A stretch of DNA of 64,000 nt from Dehalococcoidia bacterium (GTDB lineage: Bacteria > Chloroflexota > Dehalococcoidia > Lucifugimonadales > UBA3495), in assembly GCA_022827095.1 (NCBI GenBank), contig JAJDTP010000012.1, forward strand, positions 31,057 to 95,056, in the 5' to 3' direction. Positions 43,618-52,021 of this stretch are shown here, in pieces (position 1 is the first letter of the stretch; each line of letters opens with the position of its first letter). A program made the position numbers and the translations under genes. Below the pieces are notes generated by a model. It was not told the DNA's origin, did no database searches, and saw only the letters and a list, made by a program, of their open reading frames with translations.

Positions 43618-45963
43618 ATGCTTGACTACAAACCTAACATCGTCCTCGCCGATCCCGAGGAAAACTACCGCGTGGTCGGCACGCGGCCGGTCCGCCATGA
43701 CGGTCCGGACAAGGTCATGGGCCGCGCCCGCTACGCCGCCGATATCCACCTGCCCGGCATGCTGCACGGCAAGATCCTGCGCAGCCCCCACGCCCACGCT
43801 CGCATCCGCGGCATCGACGCGAGCAAGGCGTTGGCCCTCCCGGGCGTCCACGGGGTGGTAACCTCCGCAGACTTTCCCGATGTGTCCGCTGAGATCAAGG
43901 ACCAGGAAGAAGGGGCTGCGGTGAACTACGGCTTCTACAGCCGCAACGTGATGGCTCGGGAGAAGGCTTTGTATCGGGGTCACGCCGTTGCCGCGATCGC
44001 CGCCGATTCGGCGCATCTGGCTGAGGAGGCGCTGGCGCTGATCGAAGTGGACTGGGAGGTTCTGCCTGCCGTCCTTACCGCCGACGAGGCCATGGCTGAC
44101 GGCGCGCCGGCGGTACACGAACGTCTGATGACCCTGTCCAACCCAGCGCAACGCTCCGGCGGCTGGGCCGAGGAGGGAGCCGGCGGCTCCAACGTGTCCA
44201 ATCACTTCCAGTTCACCTCAGGCGACCTGGAGGCCGGTTTCGCCGAGGCGGATGTCATCGTGGAACGCGAGTACCACACGCGGCAGGTCCACCAGGGTTA
44301 CATCGAGCCTCATTCCGCCACCGCCCGCTGGAATACCGATGGCACTGTGACCATCTGGGCCAGCAGCCAGGGACACTTCGCCCTGCGCGACCACACCAGC
44401 CGCATCCTGGGCGTGTCCGTTGGTCAGGTGAACGTGGTCCCCATGGAGATCGGCGGCGGGTTTGGAGGAAAGGGACAAGGCGGCTGCTACCTGGAGCCCG
44501 TCGTTGGCGCGCTGGCCCGCAAGACCGGCCGTCCCGTCAAGATCGCCATGACCCGGACCGAGGTGTTCACCGGTACCGGCCCCACGTCCAGCAGCCACAT
44601 CAAAGTCAAGCTGGGCGGAACCCGCGACGGCCGATTCACGGCAGCACAGGCGACCCTGATCTACGAAGCCGGCGCGTTCCCCGGTTCGCCGGTGCCCAGC
44701 GGTTGCCGCACCATGTTCGCCCCCTACGATATCGCCAACGGGTTCGTCGAGGGTTACGACGTGGTTACCAATGTGCCCAAGGCCGCCGCTTACCGCGCCC
44801 CCGGTTCGCCGGCAGCGTCGTTCGCCGCCGAGCAGGCGATCGACGAACTGTGCGAACAGCTGGGCGTGGACCCGGTGGAGTTCCGCCTCAACAATGCGTC
44901 CAAGGAAGGCAGCCGCCAGATTGGCGGGCCCACCTTCCGGCGCATCGGCATGGTGGAAATCCTGCAGGCAACCCAGGAGCATCCTCACCTGGCGTCGCCG
45001 GTACCCGAGCCCTCGGCGCCCGGTCGTGTCACCGGCCGAGGCATCGCCGCCGGCGCGTGGTTCAACGGTACCGGCCCGGCCACCGCCGTCGCCAGCGTCA
45101 TGCCCGATGGCACGGTTAGCCTGATTGAGGGTTCGCCGGACATCGGAGGGTCTCGCGCCGTGATGGCCATGCACGTGGCCGAGGTCCTTGGGCTGCCGGC
45201 TGAGCGCATCAAGCCGTCCATCGTGGACACCGACAGCATCGGGTACAGCAGCGGAGCCGGCGGCAGCGGTGTGACTTTCAAGATGGGTACCGCCGTTTAC
45301 CAGGCCGGCGAGGAAGTGCGCCGCCAGATGATCGAGCGGGCCGCGCGCATCTGGGACGTTCCGGTCGAGGACGTGGAGTACCAGGAAGACGGCACCTTGG
45401 CCCACCGCTCCGATGATGCGCTGCGCATGACCTTCGACCAGTTGGCCCGGCGGCTCAACGGCACCGGCGGTCCCATTGTCGGATACGGCGCGGCCAATCC
45501 CGCCGGCGTGGGCAACGCCTTCGCCATCAACATCGCCGACGTGGAGGTGGACCCCGACACGGGCAAGGTTGAAGTGCTGCGCTTCACCGCCATCCAAGAC
45601 TGCGGCAAGGCGATTCATCCCAGCTACGTCGAGGGCCAGATCCAGGGCGGAGCAGTCCAGGGAATCGGATGGGCGCTCAACGAAGAGTACTTCTTCGACG
45701 GCGACGGTCAGATGATGAACTCATCATTCCTGGACTACCGCATGCCCACCGCGCTCGACCTGCCCATGATCGACACGGTGATCGTCGAAGTGCCCAACCC
45801 TGGTCATCCCCTGGGGGTACGAGGCGTTGGCGAAGTGTCTTTGGTTCCTCCCATGGCCGCCATTGGCAACGCCATCGCCAGGGCGACCGGAGCCAGGCTG
45901 GAAAGCCTGCCCATGAACCCGGGCGCGGTGCTCGAAGCCCTGTGGGAGCAGAACGGCTCGTAA
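43618..45963 (+). CDS. xanthine dehydrogenase/aldehyde oxidase-family molybdopterin-binding large subunit
   Basis: It has VGTRPVRHDGPDKVMGRARYAAD (a/b hammerhead N-terminus), HQGYIEPH, the length typical of CoxL/XdhB-like subunits and a late GVGEVS region. A GGGAGG SD precedes ATG 43618. Confidence 0.85.
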   Translation: MLDYKPNIVLADPEENYRVVGTRPVRHDGPDKVMGRARYAADIHLPGMLHGKILRSPHAHARIRGIDASKALALPGVHGVVTSADFPDVSAEIKDQEEGAAVNYGFYSRNVMAREKALYRGHAVAAIAADSAHLAEEALALIEVDWEVLPAVLTADEAMADGAPAVHERLMTLSNPAQRSGGWAEEGAGGSNVSNHFQFTSGDLEAGFAEADVIVEREYHTRQVHQGYIEPHSATARWNTDGTVTIWASSQGHFALRDHTSRILGVSVGQVNVVPMEIGGGFGGKGQGGCYLEPVVGALARKTGRPVKIAMTRTEVFTGTGPTSSSHIKVKLGGTRDGRFTAAQATLIYEAGAFPGSPVPSGCRTMFAPYDIANGFVEGYDVVTNVPKAAAYRAPGSPAASFAAEQAIDELCEQLGVDPVEFRLNNASKEGSRQIGGPTFRRIGMVEILQATQEHPHLASPVPEPSAPGRVTGRGIAAGAWFNGTGPATAVASVMPDGTVSLIEGSPDIGGSRAVMAMHVAEVLGLPAERIKPSIVDTDSIGYSSGAGGSGVTFKMGTAVYQAGEEVRRQMIERAARIWDVPVEDVEYQEDGTLAHRSDDALRMTFDQLARRLNGTGGPIVGYGAANPAGVGNAFAINIADVEVDPDTGKVEVLRFTAIQDCGKAIHPSYVEGQIQGGAVQGIGWALNEEYFFDGDGQMMNSSFLDYRMPTALDLPMIDTVIVEVPNPGHPLGVRGVGEVSLVPPMAAIGNAIARATGARLESLPMNPGAVLEALWEQNGS

Positions 45964-45988
45964 GCCGGCTGACCAACCACGGAAACTG

Positions 45989-46018
45989 CGTAGGGGCGAA
46001 TGATTATTCGCCCCTACG
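45989..46018. repeat. GC-rich palindromic repeat, copy 2
   Basis: The sequence is CGTAGGGGCGAAT-GATT-ATTCGCCCCTACG, followed by TTTTTG. It lies between convergent genes. Confidence 0.85.
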
Positions 46019-46045
46019 TTTTTGCGACTCCGTTGCGGATTGCGG

Positions 46046-46447
46046 CTATGGCTTCAGCCTCACCAGGAAGCTGGCCTCCCCCAGCGGCATGCCGTCGAAC
46101 GCGATGGCGGCCACGTGACGGCCGAGGCGGGTCACCGGTATCCGGAATGGCTTGATCCAGCGCTGGAAGAAAATGCCCTCGTCCCAGGTCACCTCCTGGG
46201 GCGGCGGGCTCGACAGGCTCGCGCCCGGCGCACGGATGGTGACTTCCAGCGTGTGCGAACCGGCGGTGGCTCCGGCGATGCAGAACGCCAGTTGTGCGTC
46301 CACGCTGGCGAGCACGCGTGGGCCGTCCCCGCTGGGGGGCTCGTCCGGCATCGGGATGTCCACCAGGTCAATGACGCCTTTGAAACTCAGGTCGTCGCCG
46401 TTCCCTTCTTCGGTTTCCCGGCAGAACAGGGCATATTTCAGGTACAC
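46046..46447 (-). CDS. hypothetical protein
   Basis: The ORF is in good coding context. The start is placed at GTG 46447 (SD GAGG), because the longer ORF would run across the SD and start of the divergent gene. No family was recognised. Confidence 0.45.
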   Translation of the reverse strand: MYLKYALFCRETEEGNGDDLSFKGVIDLVDIPMPDEPPSGDGPRVLASVDAQLAFCIAGATAGSHTLEVTIRAPGASLSSPPPQEVTWDEGIFFQRWIKPFRIPVTRLGRHVAAIAFDGMPLGEASFLVRLKP

Positions 46448-46574
46448 TCCGCCTCGTTCGGTAGTCAAAAGCGGCTCCGTTTTCGCCCGCTGGGGGCTGG
46501 TAATATATGGCCACGATTTTAGCACCGGGCACACACCACGGCAAAAACGCCTTCGAGACATCAGGAGGTGCGAC

Positions 46575-47204
46575 ATGACACTGTCAGCAGCGAAGTTCAG
46601 CCAGGGAATGACCACCGAGCAGTACATCGACATCATCAAGGTGAACAAGGACCCGTTCTGCCGGATCCACGCCGGGGTTTCCATCCCAGAGGACGTGCTT
46701 AACTACTTCAACGGGCTGGAACAACCGGTGAACTTGGCCGTGTTCACCTCGGACTGGTGTGGCGACGCCATGTCCACCACGCCGGCCATCCTGCGCCTCG
46801 CCGACGCCAGCGACAACATTCGACTCAGCGTGTTCAACCGCGACGACGAGCTGGAGCTGACCAACAGCTTCCTGCCCGAGCACCGCGCGGGCACTGTGCC
46901 GGTTTTCGTGGTCTTCGATGGAGAGATGGGCGAGATCGCGCGCTTCATCGAGACCGCCCGGTCGCTGGTGCCAACAATCGACGCGATGGACGAGATGGTC
47001 GCTCAGGCCGCCGCCGCCGTGTCCGACGAAGGCGAACGCCGCCAGCAGACCCGGGGACGCCGCACCGCTCACCGGGTGAGCAAGGCTGCCGAATGGGGTT
47101 CGGTGATCCTGAGCGAATTCCAGCAGGTGGTGGCCGACGGTATGGCGCTGCCCGCTGCCGAAAGGCCGGCCGAGGGTGGCACCGAGTGGCCGCCACAGGG
47201 GTAG
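46575..47204 (+). CDS. thioredoxin-fold protein with single-Cys WCGDA motif
   Basis: It has VFTSDWCGDA in place of WCxxC, and a later TVPVFVVF (cis-Pro region). An AGGAGG SD precedes ATG 46575. Confidence 0.65.
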   Translation: MTLSAAKFSQGMTTEQYIDIIKVNKDPFCRIHAGVSIPEDVLNYFNGLEQPVNLAVFTSDWCGDAMSTTPAILRLADASDNIRLSVFNRDDELELTNSFLPEHRAGTVPVFVVFDGEMGEIARFIETARSLVPTIDAMDEMVAQAAAAVSDEGERRQQTRGRRTAHRVSKAAEWGSVILSEFQQVVADGMALPAAERPAEGGTEWPPQG

Positions 47205-47206
47205 CC

Positions 47207-47521
47207 ATGACCATGTCCGACGACAATGTCACCATCATCACCATGGAGGACATGGCGGTGGTCTTCTCCGTGACCGACGATTTCGGCATCCACCGCGAGT
47301 CGGTGAGCGTGGAGTTGGCGCGCGAGGATCCCGGCGAGGTCAGCGTGACGGAGCGGGGCACCGTGGAAATAACCCTGCCGGCCAGCCGGGCTCCGGCTGA
47401 TTTCGCGTCCACCATCCAAACCGAGCTGGAGTCGCACGGTTATTCACATAACCCCGGCCAGGTGGTCACCAACGACGGCGAGGATGGGGGCGACGAGGAA
47501 AAAGACGACTGGCTGTCTTGA
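47207..47521 (+). CDS. small acidic hypothetical protein
   Basis: The ATG lies 2 nt after the upstream stop (coupled). It is 104 aa and ends in the acidic tail DGEDGGDEEKDDW. No family was recognised. Confidence 0.5.
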   Translation: MTMSDDNVTIITMEDMAVVFSVTDDFGIHRESVSVELAREDPGEVSVTERGTVEITLPASRAPADFASTIQTELESHGYSHNPGQVVTNDGEDGGDEEKDDWLS

Positions 47522-47545
47522 CTCGTCGACGCCGACTCAATCGTG

Positions 47546-47571
47546 CAGGGGCGAATAGTCATTCGCCCCTG
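47546..47571. repeat. GC-rich palindromic repeat, copy 3 (variant)
   Basis: The sequence is CAGGGGCGAAT-AGTC-ATTCGCCCCTG, between convergent genes. Confidence 0.8.
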
Positions 47572-47598
47572 ATTTCTCACTGGTTCCGGTTCGGGAAC

Positions 47599-48123
47599 TC
47601 AGTAGCCGGATTCGCGCCACTCGAACGCCAGGTTGGCGTAGCGGACGAACACCGCGCCCCCGGGAGCGGCCAGCGGGCCGTTCATGGCCAGGATGGCAAT
47701 GGTTACCTCATCTCCGGCCTTGGGCTCGGTGGACACCACCACGCGCTGCGGAACGTTGAACCCCTGCACGGTGGCGCGTTCCCGGTCGCACTCGCCGTTG
47801 ATCCAGATCTCGCCGTAGTCGTCGATGCACGACTCGAAGAGGCAGCGGGCTCCTTCCAGCGACCGGCCGCCAACGGTTTCCGGCAGGGTCGCCTTAATGC
47901 GGTACCAGATGAACGAGACGCCGCGCCGGCGCCAGGCGCCCAGGTCGCCGCAGTCTTCCCAGCCGGAGTCGTCATAGTTCGGCAGGCGGCACGGCGAACC
48001 TTCCGCTTCGGGGACGATTCCCTCATTGGGTTCGTCGGGCACGAATCCGTGCGCCACTTTCCACTGGCCTCCCACTGCTGCGAGGTCGCCGGCGTTCTGC
48101 AAATCTAAGGTAGCTCGTGGCAT
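47599..48123 (-). CDS. hypothetical protein, galactose-binding-domain-like (tentative)
   Basis: DDSGWEDCGDLGAW...FIWYRIKATLP...YGEIWINGE resembles the sugar-binding jelly-roll of GH2-type enzymes. The call is weak. Confidence 0.45.
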   Translation of the reverse strand: MPRATLDLQNAGDLAAVGGQWKVAHGFVPDEPNEGIVPEAEGSPCRLPNYDDSGWEDCGDLGAWRRRGVSFIWYRIKATLPETVGGRSLEGARCLFESCIDDYGEIWINGECDRERATVQGFNVPQRVVVSTEPKAGDEVTIAILAMNGPLAAPGGAVFVRYANLAFEWRESGY

Positions 48124-48166
48124 GGTGTTTCCTCCAGTCCGGTTTGAGGGGATCTGTTTCTATGTT

Positions 48167-48814
48167 TCAGACGCCGGTGATTCGCACCCCCGAATGGGTG
48201 CGGTAGCGCCGGTTGATGTTGACCAGGAGCGGGGTGATCTGCTCCACGTATTTGGCGTTGTACAGGGCGCCGGCGTCCACGGGGCGGAGGTTGGGTATCT
48301 TCCGAGTCAGATCGACTACCGTCTGCTTGGCTTCGTCGTCGTCGCCGCAGATGACCACGTCCTCGTCCAGCGTGGCGCCCGGCTTCAGCAGTTCCTCGGC
48401 GGACACGTTCTGGAAGGCAGCGACCACTTTGGAACTCGCGGCGGCGGCCTGGGCCTCCTCCGCGGCCGAGCCGGCCTCGACCTCTTCGGCAATGGCGCCC
48501 ACGCCCCGTTCGAACCGCATGGGAGCGATCACCGTGACCACCACCTTGCCGTTCAGGGCGTCACCAACGCCGGCAATGGTTGGCGACATGCCGTTGTAGG
48601 GCATGGTCAAGAATATGACATCGGACTGGGCCGCGGCGTCCTGGTTCATCGCGCCGGATATGGCGGCGCCTGGGGCCAGGGCCAGCAACTCGTTCGCCGC
48701 TTCCTGGGCACGCCCTGCGTCCCGCGATCCGATGACCACCGATTCTCCGGCCATTGCCAGGCGCAGCGCCAATCCCTTGCCTTCCGGTCCGGTGCCTCCC
48801 AAAAACGCCAGCAT
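48167..48814 (-). CDS. npdG: NADPH-dependent F420 reductase
   Basis: It has LAFLGGTGPEGKGLALRLAMAGESVVIGSRDAGRAQ and a C-terminal NINRRY-type segment. There is a GGAGG SD. Confidence 0.75.
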   Translation of the reverse strand: MLAFLGGTGPEGKGLALRLAMAGESVVIGSRDAGRAQEAANELLALAPGAAISGAMNQDAAAQSDVIFLTMPYNGMSPTIAGVGDALNGKVVVTVIAPMRFERGVGAIAEEVEAGSAAEEAQAAAASSKVVAAFQNVSAEELLKPGATLDEDVVICGDDDEAKQTVVDLTRKIPNLRPVDAGALYNAKYVEQITPLLVNINRRYRTHSGVRITGV

Positions 48815-48845
48815 CTATGTCGCCTCCGTGCTCAAATGCGGCGCA

Positions 48846-48854
48846 AGTATATCA
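48846..48854 (-). promoter_or_regulatory. extended -10 promoter element for npdG
   Basis: On the minus strand the element is TGaTATACT, about 30 nt upstream of the npdG start. Confidence 0.35.
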
Positions 48855-48877
48855 TCGCCGGCCGTGGCGGCACCCTG

Positions 48878-48886
48878 TGTTACAAT
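48878..48886 (+). promoter_or_regulatory. extended -10 promoter element for the VOC-family gene
   Basis: The element is TGtTACAAT, about 58 nt upstream of ATG 48944. Confidence 0.35.
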
Positions 48887-48943
48887 CCGCGAAACACTCC
48901 CATGCACTCGGTCCTGGAACCATTTGTAGGAGGATTTAGCGCT

Positions 48944-49303
48944 ATGGCATTCTCACTCAACCACGTTCACCTCAAGACCCCTGATCCCAAGGCTACCGCG
49001 GACTGGTACATCCAGAATCTGGGCGCCACGGTCACCGCCGAGACCCCGAACGGCGGGTTCCGGCTGGACCTTCACGGCCTGCCACTGAACGTGACCGACC
49101 ACGTTGCTACGCAGACCCACCCGCAGAACTACGGCTTCGAACACATTGCCATCGACACCACGGACATCGACGGTACCATCGCCGACCTGAAGAATGGCGG
49201 CGCAACCGTGCTGGAAGAGACCACCGTGGGCGGCGGCCGCCGCGTCATGTTCTTCGAGGGACCCCAGGGCATCATCCTGGAAGTCCTCGAGGTCATCGAA
49301 TAG
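48944..49303 (+). CDS. VOC (glyoxalase/bleomycin-resistance/dioxygenase) family protein
   Basis: It has LNHVHLKTPD...FEHIAIDT...FFEGPQGIILE. It is 119 aa. Confidence 0.75.
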   Translation: MAFSLNHVHLKTPDPKATADWYIQNLGATVTAETPNGGFRLDLHGLPLNVTDHVATQTHPQNYGFEHIAIDTTDIDGTIADLKNGGATVLEETTVGGGRRVMFFEGPQGIILEVLEVIE

Positions 49304-49331
49304 GTCGCTGCGACCCAGAGCCGCGTCGGTG

Positions 49332-49357
49332 TAGGGGCGAATGATCATTCGCCCCTA
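49332..49357. repeat. GC-rich palindromic repeat, copy 4
   Basis: The sequence is TAGGGGCGAAT-GATC-ATTCGCCCCTA, between two co-directional genes. Confidence 0.85.
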
Positions 49358-49394
49358 TGCAACAACCGCCGACTCCGCAAACCGAAACACGATC

Positions 49395-50252
49395 ATGCCA
49401 GACCATCGTCTCCTCATCCTGTTTGCCCATCCCGACGACGAGGCCTTCCCGGTCGGCGGAACCATTGCCATGCACACCGCGCGCGGTGTAACCGCCCGGC
49501 TGATCACCGCCACCTCGGGCGAGCTTGGTGAGATCCGCCAACCTGGCTCCGCCACCCGCGAAACCATCGGCGAGGTTCGGCGCGGGGAACTGGCCGAGGC
49601 GATCAAAGAGCTGGGGATCGAGTCCCACGAGGTCCTGCAGTACCGCGATTCCGGCATGGCCGGCTGGGACGACAACCACCATCCCAAAGCCTTTGTGCAG
49701 GCGGACGAGCACGAGGTTGTGGCCCGCCTGGTATTCGAAATCCGCCGCTTCCGGCCCCAGGTGATCCTCACCTTCGGTATGGACGGCCTGTACGGTCACC
49801 CCGACCACATCGCCATCTGCATGCACGCGACCACCGCCTTCCGGCTGGCCGCCGACCCATCCTCCTTCCCGCATCACATGGCGATCGGCATTCAACCGCA
49901 CCAGACGGACCGTCTTTTCTACAGCGTGCGGCCACGCGGGTTCCGCGTGCACATGGCGGAATCGTTGCAAGCGGCCGGCGTGGACTTCCCCATGCCGTCT
50001 CCTGATCGCGTCAACGACGGCGCGGATCCCGAAACCATCAACCTGACCGTGGACGCATCCGATGGCCTGGACGCCAAGATGGCCTGTATCAAGCGACACT
50101 TCACGCAGTTGCAACCCGACTGGCCGTACGAGCGCATCCCCCGTGATGTGACGGCCTCGGTGATCGGCGTGGAGCACTTCATTCGCGCCGAGCCGCCGGT
50201 GGCCGAGGGCGAGGTGGTCCCGGCCGACTTCTTCGCCGGCCTGGCGGGTTAG
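49395..50252 (+). CDS. PIG-L/LmbE-family deacetylase
   Basis: It has LLILFAHPDDEAFPVGG and a later YGHPDHI. Confidence 0.85.
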   Translation: MPDHRLLILFAHPDDEAFPVGGTIAMHTARGVTARLITATSGELGEIRQPGSATRETIGEVRRGELAEAIKELGIESHEVLQYRDSGMAGWDDNHHPKAFVQADEHEVVARLVFEIRRFRPQVILTFGMDGLYGHPDHIAICMHATTAFRLAADPSSFPHHMAIGIQPHQTDRLFYSVRPRGFRVHMAESLQAAGVDFPMPSPDRVNDGADPETINLTVDASDGLDAKMACIKRHFTQLQPDWPYERIPRDVTASVIGVEHFIRAEPPVAEGEVVPADFFAGLAG

Positions 50253-51094
50253 AGCAGACCCGCAACGCCCTGCCAGACCAGCAGGATGCCCACCACCAGC
50301 AGCGTCAGCCCCATGGCCAGGATCAGCAGGTTCAGGTTTACCCGTCCGGTCAGGTTGGCTCCCAGGTAACTGCCGATCATCGCCATCGGGCCCATCAGCG
50401 CCAGGATCACCCAGTCCACCTGACCGTGGATTACGTGGCCCACCCAGCCGGCCGCGCCCATCACAAAACCGATGAACAGGTTGGTGCCGGCGGCGATGCG
50501 CGGGTCAACCCGCAGTATTCGGACCAGGGCGGGCAGGCGGATGCTGCCCAGGATCAACCCCACTGCGCCCCCCAGCATACCCACGGCGAAGCCGATGCCG
50601 CCTTCCGCGGCCATCCGCCCCGGCGTGAACAGGCCCGGCGAACCCTCCAGCCCCTGGCCGAAAAGGGCGCCGCTGGATTGACCGGACCGGATCCGGTCCC
50701 GGGCGATGATGAGGAACTCCACACCCTGCCAGAATACCAATGCGCCGGCGAGAGCGATGAGCAGGTGTTCCGGTGTCACGTCGCTGAACCAGCCGCCGAT
50801 GAACGCCCCGATGAAGGCCGGCACGCCCATGGTGAGCACGATACGCAGGTTCACCCGGCCGGCGCGCAGGTGGCGTATCGTGCCGGCCAAGGACGCCAGG
50901 CTGCTGACCAGGATGTTGGTTCCGCCGGCCGCCGGCGCCGGCATCCCCAGTAGCAGCATGGCGGGCAGGCGCATGGTCCCCAGGGCCAGGCCCACGAACC
51001 CGCCGAGAATGCCGACCAGGAACGAGATCACCGCCAGCAGCGCGGCGTGCCAGATCAGCACGTCCGATAGGAGGCCTATGTCGGCTAGCGTCAT
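50249..51094 (-). CDS. TauE/SafE-family anion exporter
   Basis: It has two internally repeated 4-TM halves with GGFVGLALGTMRLP and GAVGLILGSIRLP motifs. Confidence 0.75.
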   Translation of the reverse strand: MTLADIGLLSDVLIWHAALLAVISFLVGILGGFVGLALGTMRLPAMLLLGMPAPAAGGTNILVSSLASLAGTIRHLRAGRVNLRIVLTMGVPAFIGAFIGGWFSDVTPEHLLIALAGALVFWQGVEFLIIARDRIRSGQSSGALFGQGLEGSPGLFTPGRMAAEGGIGFAVGMLGGAVGLILGSIRLPALVRILRVDPRIAAGTNLFIGFVMGAAGWVGHVIHGQVDWVILALMGPMAMIGSYLGANLTGRVNLNLLILAMGLTLLVVGILLVWQGVAGLL

Positions 51095-51130
51095 GAGGTT
51101 GTGCGCGGATTGCGCGAGCGGCGTGATGCC

Positions 51131-51973
51131 CTACAGGAGGGAGCTTACGCCTCTCCATAGCATCATGCAGCCGGATCCGGTGAGCAGGACGCCCATTATC
51201 AACAGGAGGAGGTTGACACTGATCCGGCCGGTGAATTTTGCACCCAGGTAGCTGCCCGCAATCGCCGGCGCCAGCAATATTACCAGCAGCGACAGGTCGG
51301 TCCGTGTGTGCAGCATATGGCCGATCCACCCCAACGCACCCATCGTCATCCCGATGAAAAGGTTGCTGCCGGCAGCGATCCTCGGATCAACCCGCAGCAC
51401 CCTGATGATCAGCGGCAGTCGGATCGTACTCAAGACCAGGCCGATGGCGCCGGCCAGCAGCCCAATCCCGAAGCTTGCCCCGGCACCGCCGACGGTTCGC
51501 GCCACGGTGAATTGTCCCGACGAACCCTCCAGTTCATCTTGTTGCCCCTCGCCCGTGCGTGAGCCTTGCCGACGACGGTAGGCCAACAGGACCAGTTCCA
51601 ACCCCTGCCACAGGATGAGGACGCCGGCCAGCCCGATCAGCAGGTTGGAGGGAACCTGGTTGCTGAAGTAGCCGCCCAGGAAACCGGAGACAAAGGCCGG
51701 GACGCCAACGATCAATAACAGGGACGGCTTGACCCGACCGTCGCGGAGGTGACGATAACTTCCGACAACACCGACTGCGCTGCTCACGAAAATGTTCGCG
51801 CTGGCGGCCACGGGCAATGGCACTCCCAGCATCAGCATGGCGGGAAGACGCATCGTTCCCAGAGACGAACCGATCAGGCCGCCCAGGGCACCGACCAACA
51901 GCGACATGGTCAGCAGCAACGCTGCCAGCCATACCCCCATGGACGATGGTACGCCGAAGTCGGAGAGGATCAT
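51131..51973 (-). CDS. TauE/SafE-family anion exporter, tandem paralog
   Basis: It is collinear with the neighbouring gene (MILSDFGV.. versus MTLADIGL..). The start is chosen by alignment with the paralog; an alternative ATG is at 52012. Confidence 0.75.
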   Translation of the reverse strand: MILSDFGVPSSMGVWLAALLLTMSLLVGALGGLIGSSLGTMRLPAMLMLGVPLPVAASANIFVSSAVGVVGSYRHLRDGRVKPSLLLIVGVPAFVSGFLGGYFSNQVPSNLLIGLAGVLILWQGLELVLLAYRRRQGSRTGEGQQDELEGSSGQFTVARTVGGAGASFGIGLLAGAIGLVLSTIRLPLIIRVLRVDPRIAAGSNLFIGMTMGALGWIGHMLHTRTDLSLLVILLAPAIAGSYLGAKFTGRISVNLLLLIMGVLLTGSGCMMLWRGVSSLL

Positions 51974-52021
51974 CGGCGGAATTTCCCGCCAGGCATCAAC
52001 CCGCGCGGGCATGATGGTCGG

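Noticed and set aside
44218-45618. 466-aa antisense ORF opposite the XDH-family gene
   Set aside because: It is a shadow ORF with no motifs.
46448-46684. Upstream extension of the minus-strand hypothetical ORF (METPAW...)
   Set aside because: It would run through the SD and the first 36 codons of the divergent thioredoxin-like gene. GTG 46447 with a GAGG SD is more plausible, though the start remains uncertain.
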